From: Spirochaetia bacterium
Lineage (GTDB): Bacteria; Spirochaetota; Spirochaetia; SZUA-6; Bin103
Direction of reading: 5' to 3'
Assembly (NCBI GenBank): GCA_965203905.1
Contig: CBDBDQ010000005.1
Coordinates: 4,864,001 to 4,928,000 of the forward strand
Length of the DNA stretch: 64,000 nt
Shown here: positions 10,001 to 20,182 of the stretch, one piece after another
How positions within the stretch are numbered: the stretch's first letter is position 1
Layout: the number at the start of each line of letters is the position of its first letter
Made by a program: the position numbers and the translations under genes
Notes under the pieces: generated by a model
What the model was told of the DNA's origin: nothing
Seen by the model: the letters and a program-made list of their open reading frames with translations, nothing else
Databases searched by the model: none

Positions 10001-11650
10001 ATGCCGAGCGATGCGCGACCGAACGTGATCTTCTTCATGGTCGACCAGTTGTCGGCCCGCTGGCTGGAGGCAGCACTGACTGGCGTATGCGAACTGCCCA
10101 ACCTGCAACGGCTGCAGCGGATGGGGGTGACGTTCTCGAACGCCTTTGCCAACAACCCCGTGTGCTGTCCGGCGCGGGCGAGCATCGCCACCGGGCTCAC
10201 CAGCCGCGGCCACGGGCTCATGTCCAACGGGTACCGGCTCAATCCCGATGTCCCCACCTTCATGCGGACCCTGCAAACGGCAGGCTGGCGTACCGGCGCC
10301 TTCGGCAAGGTGCACTTCTACCCGTTCGACTCAGAGAAGTATCCCTACCCGGACTACCGCGAGTACGGCTGGGACGTGACCCACATCACCGAGGACAACC
10401 GCACCGGCGAATGGCTGGACTGGATCGAGCGCGAGCATGCCGAACATTACGAGGCAGTGCTGGCGACCCCGGCCAACTGGGCGCCACAGCTTCCGTATTA
10501 TGCGGCGTACGGGGAACGCAAGATCAATCTGAGCGAGAGGGTGCGCCAGGCCAAAGCAAAGATGTCGTGGCCGGATCAGGCCGATGGCGGGCTCGACAGC
10601 AGGACCGAGGGCTTCTATCCACTGCCGTTTCCCGAAGAGATCTCTCAGACCAACTGGATTACGGACCGCGCCCTCGACTTCATCGACGACACTCCGGCAG
10701 GGCAGCCACTATACGCACACATCAGCTACGTACAACCGCACTCGCCGTTCCACCCTCCGGCCAGGTGTGTGGCGCAGGTCAATGCAGAATTGATTCCCGA
10801 CCCGGCCGGTTACCACACCGAGCGCTGGCCGACGCCCGAACAGGTGCCGCAGTGGCGCTACATGCGGGAACTGTATTTCGCCGATCTGATTCATATCGAT
10901 GAGCAGCTCGGGCGTATCCTTGCGCGGCTCGAGCAGGCCGGCGTCCTGGCAAACACGTTTCTCTTCTTCACCTCCGACCATGGTGAAATGCTGATGGATC
11001 ACGGGCTGATGGGAAAATCGTCCTACCACTACGATGCGTGTATCCGCGTGCCGCTCATCATTGCCGGACCAGGGCTCGGTCGCCGCGGTCGAGCGGCAAG
11101 CCCCAGCGCGACCGATTTACCGGTGTCCCGCGACACGAGCGACAGCGTGCAGCCAGCCCAGGGACTAGTCTGTGACCTGCCCGTGCAGCACGAAGACCTC
11201 TGTCCGACCGTGTTGGATGTGGCCGATGGTCTCCGCGCCTGCCATCCACGACCAACGGTCCGACCGTGGTTGCAGGAAGAGCCGCAACTCTTTGCCGGAC
11301 GTTCGCTCATGCCCCTATGCCGGGGTGAGCAGCCAGCCGAATGGCGGACATCGGCGTTCGCCGAATCCTCAGGCGCGCTGTGTGAGTCGCCGTTCTGTAC
11401 CCAGCTACGGGAGTTTCCCTGGGTGAGGACGCTGCGCACCAGCGAGTTCCGCTATACCGTCGCGCCTGGACGCGATGAAGGAGAACAGCTTTTCGATCTG
11501 AGCAAAGATCCGGAGGAGCTGGTCAACGTCGTCCTCGATCCTGCCTATCAGAAGGCGCGCGCAGGGCTGATGAAGGAGCTGATGCACCGCGTCATGTTGC
11601 AGGACTATCCGCTACCGCCGCGCGACCTCGTGGTCGTCGGAGCGCACTGA
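10001..11650 (+). CDS. Sulfatase (S1, Cys-type formylglycine)
   Basis: RPNVIFFMVDQ, NPVCCPARAS (CxPxR), FGKVH, TSDHGE, EQLFDL..DP.E. Confidence 0.92.
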   Translation: MPSDARPNVIFFMVDQLSARWLEAALTGVCELPNLQRLQRMGVTFSNAFANNPVCCPARASIATGLTSRGHGLMSNGYRLNPDVPTFMRTLQTAGWRTGAFGKVHFYPFDSEKYPYPDYREYGWDVTHITEDNRTGEWLDWIEREHAEHYEAVLATPANWAPQLPYYAAYGERKINLSERVRQAKAKMSWPDQADGGLDSRTEGFYPLPFPEEISQTNWITDRALDFIDDTPAGQPLYAHISYVQPHSPFHPPARCVAQVNAELIPDPAGYHTERWPTPEQVPQWRYMRELYFADLIHIDEQLGRILARLEQAGVLANTFLFFTSDHGEMLMDHGLMGKSSYHYDACIRVPLIIAGPGLGRRGRAASPSATDLPVSRDTSDSVQPAQGLVCDLPVQHEDLCPTVLDVADGLRACHPRPTVRPWLQEEPQLFAGRSLMPLCRGEQPAEWRTSAFAESSGALCESPFCTQLREFPWVRTLRTSEFRYTVAPGRDEGEQLFDLSKDPEELVNVVLDPAYQKARAGLMKELMHRVMLQDYPLPPRDLVVVGAH

Positions 11651-11661
11651 TTCGTTCAGTC

Positions 11662-13302
11662 ATGGACACTTCACGAAACAGACCCAACGTCGTTCTCTTC
11701 ATGGTCGACCAGCTTGCGGCAAAGTGGCTGGAGGCGGCCCACGACAAGACCATCTGCGCGCTGCCGAACCTGAGCTGGCTCCGTGACAACGGCACCACCT
11801 TCACCCGGGCGTTCACGAGCAACCCGGTGTGCTCACCGGCCCGGGCAACGATTGCTACCGGGCTCTGTTCGCGAGCACATGGTCTGCTCATGAATGGCTA
11901 CGCGCTCAATCCCGCGGTGCCGACCTTCATGCAGGCGCTGCAGACAGCAGGGTGGCGGACCGGCGCGTTCGGCAAGCTGCATCTGAGGCCGCACTTCGAG
12001 AGCTTCGCCCACGACTACCGCCCCTACGGCTTCGATGTCGTACACGGCACCGAAGACGATCGCAGCGGCGAGTGGCTCGACTGGGTGCAGCGCGAGCATC
12101 CGGAACAGTACGGGGCAGCCCTCTCGACGGCATGGCCCGATGTGCCGGGTTTCGCCCGATACGGTCCCGATGGCGTCGATCTGAGACCGGACATCCATGC
12201 CGCCAAGGAGCGTTTTCCCCCCGCCACCGGCCGCTGGCCCGAGAGCTCTACCTGGGCACATCCACTGCCTTTTCCCGAGGAGTTGTCACAGTCTTCCTGG
12301 ATCACCACCAGGGCGCTGGATTTCATCCGCGATACTGGTCCTGATCAACCCCTCTTTGCTCATGTCAGCTACGTGGCGCCCCACCCGCCATTCTGTCCGC
12401 CGGCGGAATTCATGGATCGTGTCGAACGTGAGAGCATCCCCGCTCCGGTCGTGGCTGAATGGCTGCACGATCCGGAGTCCCCCAAGTACTTCCGGAAGAT
12501 GGCGCGAGTGTTGAACAACCAGAGCGAGAATACGCCGGTCTGGATGAGCGGTCTGTCGATCACTCGCGATCCGGATGGCGGGCCGGCCAGGCAGAGACTG
12601 AGTCTCGGGCATGAACGGCATTGCTACTTTGCCGACATCGCTCATCTCGATGAGCAGCTCGGCCGAATCCGCAGGGCCTTGGAGCACGCCGGGCGTCTGG
12701 ACGACACCTACCTCGTCTTCACCTCTGACCACGGCGAGTTGCTCGGTGACCATGGCTTCTGGCAGAAGCAGGAACGGCACTACGACGGGGGCATCCGGGT
12801 GCCGCTGATCATCGCCGGGCCTGGTCTGCAGAAGAACCTCACGTGCGAAGAAATCGTGCAACTGGAAGATCTCTGCCCTACCATTCTCGAACTGACCGAA
12901 GTGCCGATTGCCCGGTTGCGCTTCCGCAATCGACAGACCAACACGGACGACACCTGTGCATCCACTTCAGGACGGTCATTGGTCGAGCTGTGCCGCGGAA
13001 ACTTGCCCGACCACTGGCGGGAAGAGGCGTATGTGGAGTCCTACCCCTACTTCGGCCCGGAGACGCGGGGCTCCTGGGCGCGTACGGTGCGCACAGCCAG
13101 ATGGCGCTACACGCTCTACCCCGAAGGCAACGGCGAGCAGCTATTTGACCTGGAAGCCGATCCCGATGAGCAGATGAATCTCGCCAACGATCCGGCGCAT
13201 GCCGCTCTGCGCGGCGAACTGAAAGACCGACTGATGGAACAGATCATCCGCCAGGACATCCCGGTCCCTCCGCGTGACCTGTTCATGTTCGGCATTCACT
13301 GA
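11662..13302 (+). CDS. Sulfatase (S1, Cys-type), tandem paralog of the preceding gene
   Basis: RPNVVLFMVDQ, NPVCSPARAT, FGKLH, TSDHGE; N-terminal half and PPRDL...H end match 10001..11650. Confidence 0.92.
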   Translation: MDTSRNRPNVVLFMVDQLAAKWLEAAHDKTICALPNLSWLRDNGTTFTRAFTSNPVCSPARATIATGLCSRAHGLLMNGYALNPAVPTFMQALQTAGWRTGAFGKLHLRPHFESFAHDYRPYGFDVVHGTEDDRSGEWLDWVQREHPEQYGAALSTAWPDVPGFARYGPDGVDLRPDIHAAKERFPPATGRWPESSTWAHPLPFPEELSQSSWITTRALDFIRDTGPDQPLFAHVSYVAPHPPFCPPAEFMDRVERESIPAPVVAEWLHDPESPKYFRKMARVLNNQSENTPVWMSGLSITRDPDGGPARQRLSLGHERHCYFADIAHLDEQLGRIRRALEHAGRLDDTYLVFTSDHGELLGDHGFWQKQERHYDGGIRVPLIIAGPGLQKNLTCEEIVQLEDLCPTILELTEVPIARLRFRNRQTNTDDTCASTSGRSLVELCRGNLPDHWREEAYVESYPYFGPETRGSWARTVRTARWRYTLYPEGNGEQLFDLEADPDEQMNLANDPAHAALRGELKDRLMEQIIRQDIPVPPRDLFMFGIH

Positions 13303-13319
13303 CGCCGCGACCGCCGCTC

Positions 13320-14210
13320 CTATCCCTTTATCGAGCCGATCATGACGCCTTTCACGAAATATCTCTGGATGAACGGATACGCCATCAAGACCGGAGCGCT
13401 GGCGATGAAGATCAGCGCGTACTTCATCGACTCGGCCATCCACAGTTTCTTTGCCATTGCTTCCAGCTCTCCGACATCCGCCAGGTCGATATTGATCTCC
13501 TGATTCAGCAGCAGGATGTTGCGCAGCACGAGCTGCAACGGAAACAGCGCCCGATCGCTCAAATAGATGAGCGCACCAAAGAACGCGTTCCAATGTTCCA
13601 CTGCGTAGTACAGCCCAATCACGGCAATGATTGGCGCCGACAGCGGCAGCGCAATCTTGATGAAGGCGTAGATGTCGGAGCTGCCGTCAATCCTGGCCGA
13701 CTCGAACAAATCCTCGGGAATCACGTTGCTACTGTAGTAGGTGCGGACGATGATCATGTTGAAGACGCTCATCGCACCCGGCAGTACCATCGCCCATCGC
13801 GTGTCGATCATGCCGAGGTCCCGTATCAGGATGTACCTGGGTATCAGGCCTCCATCGAAATACATGGTAAAGACGAACACGCCCATCAGCAGATTCCGGC
13901 CGATCATCCTCTTTCTCGCCAAAGCAAAGGCGCAGCTTATGGTCACGAACAGATTGATGGCCGTTCCGAGACCCGTGTAGATGACGGAGTTGGCATACCC
14001 TATCCAGACCTCGTCGGCGGCGAACACGGCGCTGTAGGCGTCGACGTTGAGCCCTTTCGGAAATATCCAAACGGCGCCGATAGCCACCAGTTTCGCGTCA
14101 CTTATCGAGGCTGCGATCGTGAACCAGAGCGGATACAGAAATAGCGCGGAGATCGCCGTCAACAGCAATATGTTGAGGGCGTCGAAGGTGTCGACTCTGC
14201 GCGTCGGCAT
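13320..14210 (-). CDS. Carbohydrate ABC transporter permease (LplC-like)
   Basis: TMYFDGGLIPRY, LFESARIDG, YPFIQRYFVKGVMIGSIKG. Confidence 0.92.
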   Translation of the reverse strand: MPTRRVDTFDALNILLLTAISALFLYPLWFTIAASISDAKLVAIGAVWIFPKGLNVDAYSAVFAADEVWIGYANSVIYTGLGTAINLFVTISCAFALARKRMIGRNLLMGVFVFTMYFDGGLIPRYILIRDLGMIDTRWAMVLPGAMSVFNMIIVRTYYSSNVIPEDLFESARIDGSSDIYAFIKIALPLSAPIIAVIGLYYAVEHWNAFFGALIYLSDRALFPLQLVLRNILLLNQEINIDLADVGELEAMAKKLWMAESMKYALIFIASAPVLMAYPFIQRYFVKGVMIGSIKG

Positions 14211-14228
14211 GCGTAGACTTCTCGCGCC

Positions 14229-15176
14229 CTACCAAAGACTCGTTTCGCCAGTGCGGCGAGCAAGCTGGTTTACTGAGATCAGTAGCATGAAATTGATGAT
14301 CGAGTTGAAGACTCCGATCGCCGCGGTAAAGCTGAACTGTCCTCCCAGCAGACCTATCCGATAGATGTAGGTGGCTATGACGTCTGACGACTCCATGTTG
14401 AGTGGATTCTGCAGCAGCAGGATCTTCTCGAAGCCGACGGTCAAGAGTTGTCCGACACGCAATATCAGCAAGATGACGATGGTCGGCGTGATGCCCGGTA
14501 TGTCTATGTGCCAGATCTTTTGTAGTCGGCTGGCGCCGTCGATCTCGGCGGCCTCCACCAACGCAGGATCGATTCCCGCTAGAGCAGCCAGATAGATAAC
14601 GGTGCCCCAGCCCGTGTGCTGCCAGATATTCGACATGACGAAGACCGTCTTGAACCACTCGGGCTCGGCCAGGTAATCGATGCGCGGGCCGCCGAGGGCC
14701 GCGACGAGGTTGTTGAAGATCCCATGGTCATGGTTGAGGTACAGGGTGATCATCCCGGCCACGACGACGGTCGAGATGAAGTGCGGGGCGTACGAAATCA
14801 TCTGCACGGTCTTCTGGAACGACCTGATGCGCACCTCGTTGATCATGATGGCCAGTGCGATGGGCAAGGGAAACCCGACGAGCAGCGCATACAGGCTGAT
14901 GCCGAGCGTATTGCGGATCAACAGCCAGAAGTTGGGAAACGCCAGGAAGCGCTCGAAGTGCTTGAATCCGACCCACGGGCTGCCGATGATTCCCAGGCTG
15001 CTGCGGAAGTCCTTGAATGCGATCTGGACTCCGTACATGGGGCCGTAATGGAACAGAATGATGTAGACGATCGCGGGTAGCGCCAGCAGATAGAGCTGAT
15101 AGGCGCCGAGAATCTGTTTGATCCTGGTGCGGGCAGGGCTCGACGTGAGTGCCGACGGCACAGTCGTGTCTTTCAC
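14229..15176 (-). CDS. Carbohydrate ABC transporter permease (LplB-like)
   Basis: YGPMYGVQIAFKDF, SYAPHFISTVV, EAAEIDGASRLQKIWHIDIP. Confidence 0.93.
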   Translation of the reverse strand: MKDTTVPSALTSSPARTRIKQILGAYQLYLLALPAIVYIILFHYGPMYGVQIAFKDFRSSLGIIGSPWVGFKHFERFLAFPNFWLLIRNTLGISLYALLVGFPLPIALAIMINEVRIRSFQKTVQMISYAPHFISTVVVAGMITLYLNHDHGIFNNLVAALGGPRIDYLAEPEWFKTVFVMSNIWQHTGWGTVIYLAALAGIDPALVEAAEIDGASRLQKIWHIDIPGITPTIVILLILRVGQLLTVGFEKILLLQNPLNMESSDVIATYIYRIGLLGGQFSFTAAIGVFNSIINFMLLISVNQLARRTGETSLW

Positions 15177-15188
15177 TTCGTTTCTCTA

Positions 15189-15217
15189 GACAGGCGGCAA
15201 CAGCGTTGCCGCCTGTC
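15189..15217 (-). terminator. Intercistronic stem-loop between binding protein and permease (attenuating or stabilising hairpin)
   Basis: GACAGGCGGCAAC-AGC-GTTGCCGCCTGTC perfect 13-bp stem. Confidence 0.6.
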
Positions 15218-15228
15218 CGTACGCGCCC

Positions 15229-16866
15229 TCAGTTCAGATTTGCGCTGAATCCGTCGTATGCATCCTGATAGATCTCGATGTACTCTTCGACTCCGAGCGC
15301 CTTGAGCTCGTCGAGGTACTGATCAAAATCATCGAGAGACGCGTCTCCGACGATGAACTTGGCCTCCATCGTTGCTATGTAGTCCTCAATGGGTGTCTGC
15401 AGTTCGACGGCCCTATTCAGTCGGTCCTCTTGCAGATACACATTCGGATATGGCGGAACGAGAAAAGCTCGTATCTCGTCCATTTCATCGCGGAACGCTT
15501 TGCCCCGGGGGAGCTCCGTCAGCGGCACTCCCGCCCACTCGCCCACGATACTCTGGCGGGCGCCGACGAGGCCCTTGTAGCCGGGGGTGATGTACCTGTT
15601 GATATAGCTGGGGATGTTCGGAGCTTCCGAGGTGAAGTTGTACTGCATGAACAGGTCTTCGACCCACCAACCGCCCTTGCCAGTGACGAACTCGGGATGG
15701 AAGTCCCGGCCGGGGCCCTGACGGAACAGCACTCTGCCCGCGTCCGTGAAGCTCATGTCGAACAGCCTGATCACTGCTTCGGGATAGTTGGCCTTGGCGC
15801 TGAGCACGACACCCGCCAACGACACCGCCGGCGGCCCTGTCCAGGTGCGAGAATCGTTGAACTCACTGGTCAACGGAAGCAGGATTCGCCACTCCTCCCA
15901 AGTCCCTCCACCGGCGATCAAGGCAGGCGCCCACTCGGTGATGAGTCCTACCGTGTGCAGGGCACTCTTGGCCCTGGTGGCGGTGATGTCCTGCGTGAAG
16001 ATATCTCTGTCCAGCAGCCCCTCGGCGTAGAGCTTGTTCATGTAGCGGTAGTACTCGATCACGGTGGGCTCTGCCGCCGGTATAAGCACTCGCCCATCCT
16101 TCACCACGATATCGCCGACGCTGGCAGCAGGCAGACCGATTGCGTTCAAAACGGGAGTGCCGGGCCTGAACGACTTGAAAGAAGCGGTGAACGGAATGAT
16201 GTCAGGCCCCCGTCCAGCGAATGCCTTCAGGACGCTGTAGAGGTCATCGAGCGTTCTCGGATAGCTGAGTCCCATTTCATCGAGCCACTTCTGGTTGATG
16301 TAGAACCTCTGGCTGGTGTCGGGATAGTCGATCACCGTTGGCAGGCCATAGATGTTGCCGTCGGGGTTCGTGATTTCAGCCCGCGCCCGCGGAACCCTCG
16401 CGAATACGGCCTGCATGTTCGGCGCGATACGCTCGTGATCGATGAATGGATTCAGCGCCATGAGCTGCTTTTCGATCTGGCCGAATCGCATGATGTCCGA
16501 AGCGGTGAAGCCGCCCTGCATGATTACGTCAGGGAGTGTATCCGACGCAAACATGATGCTTCGCTTTTCCGCCCATCCGCCGCTATCGATCTGCTCGACA
16601 TCCGGAACGATATTGGCCTGCTCCTCGAGCCACTGCCAGAACCAGAGCTCCTCCCAGGGACCGTTGGTGGGGCCTTTCGGAATCGCGAAGCTGATCGTGA
16701 CCGGCTCCTTGGCGATGGGCATCACGAACGGCGGTGTGCCTTCGAAGTTCAGGTAGTCGGTGTTGACTTGCGCTGCCGTCGCCGCCTCCTGATCGGTAGC
16801 GCCGCTGGCAAAGGCAAGGCCTGCGGCTGCAACCAACGCGACCGTAATCAGAAACCGTCTCGTCAT
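15229..16866 (-). CDS. Carbohydrate ABC transporter substrate-binding protein
   Basis: Start MTRRFLITVALV...AFASG with AGGAG upstream; SIMFASDTLPD, YINQKWLDEMGL..P.TLDDLY. Confidence 0.9.
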   Translation of the reverse strand: MTRRFLITVALVAAAGLAFASGATDQEAATAAQVNTDYLNFEGTPPFVMPIAKEPVTISFAIPKGPTNGPWEELWFWQWLEEQANIVPDVEQIDSGGWAEKRSIMFASDTLPDVIMQGGFTASDIMRFGQIEKQLMALNPFIDHERIAPNMQAVFARVPRARAEITNPDGNIYGLPTVIDYPDTSQRFYINQKWLDEMGLSYPRTLDDLYSVLKAFAGRGPDIIPFTASFKSFRPGTPVLNAIGLPAASVGDIVVKDGRVLIPAAEPTVIEYYRYMNKLYAEGLLDRDIFTQDITATRAKSALHTVGLITEWAPALIAGGGTWEEWRILLPLTSEFNDSRTWTGPPAVSLAGVVLSAKANYPEAVIRLFDMSFTDAGRVLFRQGPGRDFHPEFVTGKGGWWVEDLFMQYNFTSEAPNIPSYINRYITPGYKGLVGARQSIVGEWAGVPLTELPRGKAFRDEMDEIRAFLVPPYPNVYLQEDRLNRAVELQTPIEDYIATMEAKFIVGDASLDDFDQYLDELKALGVEEYIEIYQDAYDGFSANLN

Positions 16867-17035
16867 TGGCCTAATCTCCTCTCGGGAGTACTTGGATGCA
16901 CCACCCCACTGCGCCAACCGCTGCCACGATGTCGGTCGAGGCAACGACGCGTTGCTGGAACCGCATCCGCATGGCGGTGTACCCGGAATTCCGACCTGTG
17001 TCAATATTGCCGCCTATCCGTATACTGCCGCGGGA

Positions 17036-18946
17036 ATGACGGTCCGACACGCTGGTGAACGGGTAGATCGCCCCAACATCGTCTGGGTGTCCGTGGAAGA
17101 CATCAATCCGCTGCTCGGTTGCTACGGCAACAGTTATGCCACGACTCCCCACCTCGACGGATTCGCGCTGCAGGGTATCCGCTACGCCAACGCCCACTCG
17201 ATGGCGCCGGTCTGCTCGGCCTCACGGGCCGCAATCATCACCGGTATGGCCGCCTGTTCGCTGGGTACCCACCACCATCGCTCGGCCGTCACCACACCGG
17301 ACTTCCTGCGTCTGCTGCCCGCATACCTGCGCGACGCCGGCTACTTCACGTCGAACTGCGTGAAGACCGACTACAACCTGGCGGGGACCTTCCGCCCGGA
17401 CCACGGTGCTCCCATCACCCGCGACGCCTGGAGTGAGTGGCACGGCGCCGCGCACTGGCGCCAGCGCCGGGAAGGGCAGCCGTTCTTCTCGGTATTCAAC
17501 TACACCGAGTGCCACTCGTTCGTGACCCGAGAAGCGGACGATGTGCTGTTGCAGGAACGCCTGAATCTGTTGCAGTCCGAAGACTTCCATGATCCGGCCG
17601 CGGTGCCGCTGCCGCCGTATCACCCTGACTATCCCGAGATCCGCAGAGTCTGGGCGCGTTACTACGACGCCATCACCCAGATCGACCATCACGTGGGGCG
17701 CCACCTGCGCGAGCTGCAGGAGGACGGTGTCGAGGACGACACCATCGTGGTGTTCTGGGCCGATCACGGCACAGGCATGTTGCGCGCCAAGCATTGGTTG
17801 TGGGAGCAGGGCGACCATGTGCCCCTGATCGTCCGCTATCCCGCCAGGTGGCAGCACCTGGCGCCGGAGCTGCCGGGGACCGTGGTGGAAGAGCCGGTAA
17901 CCACGCTCGATCTGGCCGCGTCCACCCTGGTAATGGCGGGGTTGCCGGTTCCGGCGCACATGCAGAGCCAACCGGTGCTGTGCCATCCTCAGGGCGTCGT
18001 CTCGACGCGAACCACTGCCCATCGCCCTTACGTGGTCTCCGGGCGCGATCGCCTCGACACCCGCTTCGAGCTGGTGCGTGCCGTACGTGGCCGGCACCTG
18101 CGCTACCAGCGCAATTTCTTTCCCCACCTGCCTTATTTCCGCTACGAGAACTCTCTTTACGGGTCCGAGTACATTCGCGTCTGGGACCGGTTGGCGCGTT
18201 CCGGTCAGCTCCGCGGGGCTCAGCGGCAGATCGCCGCCAGGCGCAAGCCCTCCGAGGAGCTCTACGACGGTGCCACCGACCCCTGGTTCGTAACCGACCT
18301 CGCCCGCGAGGAGCGGCACCAGCAGAGCCTCACCGAGATGCGTGAGCAGCTCTACGGCTGGATGATCGAGCACCGCGACCTCGGTCTCATTGACGAGCCG
18401 GAGCTGCACGAGCGCGCTGACGGAGCGCCTTTGTGGGAGGTGGGTCGGCAGCTCGACAACTACGAACGCATTCTCGAGACAGCCGACCTATCGCGCCGTG
18501 GCAACAACTCGCACGGCGCGATGCTCCAGCGCGCCGGCGATGACGATTCGGCGATCCGCTTTTGGGCGGTCACCGGCCTCGCCATCGGCCAGTTCGACGA
18601 CCAGCCGACCGTAGCGACGCTGAACCGTGCCTTGGCCGACTCTGCGGTCAGCGTGCGCATCGCTGCTGCTGACGCATTGTGTCGCCTTGGCTGTTACGAG
18701 GCGGCCCTACCCGCGCTCATCGACGCGCTCGAACATCCGCTGGTGATGGCCCGCGGTCGCGCCGCCAACGTGCTCGACTCGCAGCCTCGCGCCGCCGCTC
18801 CATCGTTGTGCCCCGCCTTGGTGCCGCTGCGGCAAGCCATTGCCAGACTCGGCGACGGCCTGCTCGAGGTGCAGTACCGGTTCCCCATGGAACGCTCTGT
18901 GGCCGCCATCGAGGGATCGACCGACTACTACCGCTGGCCGGACTGA
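17036..18946 (+). CDS. Sulfatase with C-terminal HEAT-like repeats
   Basis: RPNIVWVSVED, PVCSASRAA, WADHG, EELYD...DP; C-terminal DDDSAIRFWAV / LADSAVSVRIAAADAL helical repeats. Confidence 0.88.
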   Translation: MTVRHAGERVDRPNIVWVSVEDINPLLGCYGNSYATTPHLDGFALQGIRYANAHSMAPVCSASRAAIITGMAACSLGTHHHRSAVTTPDFLRLLPAYLRDAGYFTSNCVKTDYNLAGTFRPDHGAPITRDAWSEWHGAAHWRQRREGQPFFSVFNYTECHSFVTREADDVLLQERLNLLQSEDFHDPAAVPLPPYHPDYPEIRRVWARYYDAITQIDHHVGRHLRELQEDGVEDDTIVVFWADHGTGMLRAKHWLWEQGDHVPLIVRYPARWQHLAPELPGTVVEEPVTTLDLAASTLVMAGLPVPAHMQSQPVLCHPQGVVSTRTTAHRPYVVSGRDRLDTRFELVRAVRGRHLRYQRNFFPHLPYFRYENSLYGSEYIRVWDRLARSGQLRGAQRQIAARRKPSEELYDGATDPWFVTDLAREERHQQSLTEMREQLYGWMIEHRDLGLIDEPELHERADGAPLWEVGRQLDNYERILETADLSRRGNNSHGAMLQRAGDDDSAIRFWAVTGLAIGQFDDQPTVATLNRALADSAVSVRIAAADALCRLGCYEAALPALIDALEHPLVMARGRAANVLDSQPRAAAPSLCPALVPLRQAIARLGDGLLEVQYRFPMERSVAAIEGSTDYYRWPD

Positions 18947-18949
18947 CGG

Positions 18950-19290
18950 CGGTGGACGTGTCAGGAACCTGTTCGTCCGCCGTACGGCTGAGAATCATCC
19001 CCGGTCCGCCCCGTATGCTGCCCTGACAAAGGTGTTCATCGATGGCTATACGCGGGACTGGGATGACGCCGCGGTCACGTTCCACAATTGGACCGGTCGC
19101 ACCGTTGCCGCCGGCGATCAATCGGAGCGGATCGACCATGTGTGGCACCGCCGCACTGTCGGCAACGTGGGCGATGTGAAGGTCGCCGACTGCCGGGTGC
19201 TGACCGACAATCCTTCGACGCGGCCCGGCGTATACCCGTCGGATCACTGGCCGGTCCTGTGCGACGTGGCGATCTCGACACGGGTGTCGG
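18950..19290 (+). pseudogene. C-terminal fragment of an endonuclease/exonuclease/phosphatase (EEP) family gene
   Basis: RIDHVW and YPSDHWPVLCDV motifs in ORF 18840..19334; the N-terminal NxxN/QE motifs are absent. Confidence 0.6.
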
Positions 19291-19311
19291 GGCAGGGTAG
19301 GTTTTGCTCCC

Positions 19312-20148
19312 ATGTTGACAGCAGAGCAGGTTGAAGCCTATCGCAACGACGGCTATCTCCGCGTCTCCGACATCTTTACGGCCGAAGAGCTGGCGGAGCT
19401 GGAACGGGAGATGGACTTCATCGTCGACGAGTGGTGGGGCGAGGACAGCATCGGCTGGAAGGGCCCGTGGCGTGACCACTACCTGCCCGCGGGCGAGCAG
19501 GAGAACACGCGTGCCGTGTTCATCGGCAACCCGCAGTTCTACTCGGCGGCCTGGGGGCGGATCATCTTCCACCAGCGGCTCACCGAGTGCGTGCGCGCCC
19601 TGGTGGGCCCCGCGGTGCAGTGGCACGGCACCATCCTGCACGCCAAGCCGCCCGAGCGCGGCACCCCGTTCCCGATGCACCAGGACTACCCGTTCTATCC
19701 CCACGACGGTCCCGACTTCGTCGATTGCCTGCTCCACCTGGACGACGCGCCGGAGGCCAGCGGCTGCCTGCAGGTGGTTCCGGGCAGCCACAAGCAGGGC
19801 CCCCTGGAGCACATCACCGGCGACCACACCCGGCCCTACCTGCCGCCCGAGAAGTACCACCCCGACAAGACGCCGTCGGTGCCGGTGCCGGCCAAGGCCG
19901 GTGACGTGATCTTCTTCAGCTACCTGACCATCCACTGGTCCGACATGAACCGCTCCAGCGACTGGCGCCGCTCCGTGCGGATCGGCTATCACAACGCCGC
20001 CATGCGGCCGACCTTCGTGAAGCCGACCGACCCCTACAACAACCTGGTGGTGGCCGGGCTGAAGCGCCGCGGCAAGCAGCAGAGCCTGACCTACAAGGTG
20101 GTGGGCCAGGGCCAGGAGCAGCACCTCAAGCAGCCGGCGCGCACCTGA
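19312..20148 (+). CDS. Phytanoyl-CoA dioxygenase family (Fe/2-oxoglutarate) protein
   Basis: MLTAEQVEAYRNDGY, HQD triad start, LQVVPGSHK, distal IHWSDMNRS..RR. Confidence 0.9.
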   Translation: MLTAEQVEAYRNDGYLRVSDIFTAEELAELEREMDFIVDEWWGEDSIGWKGPWRDHYLPAGEQENTRAVFIGNPQFYSAAWGRIIFHQRLTECVRALVGPAVQWHGTILHAKPPERGTPFPMHQDYPFYPHDGPDFVDCLLHLDDAPEASGCLQVVPGSHKQGPLEHITGDHTRPYLPPEKYHPDKTPSVPVPAKAGDVIFFSYLTIHWSDMNRSSDWRRSVRIGYHNAAMRPTFVKPTDPYNNLVVAGLKRRGKQQSLTYKVVGQGQEQHLKQPART

Positions 20149-20182
20149 AGCGGCAGCGCACCTGCCGCTGGTTCCGCCGCGC

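Noticed and set aside
8093-10315. 740-aa minus-strand ORF and many other long antisense or alternate-frame ORFs (e.g. 56595..58622, 15430..17058)
   Set aside because: Shadow ORFs of high-GC genes; they overlap well-supported CDSs and carry no motifs.
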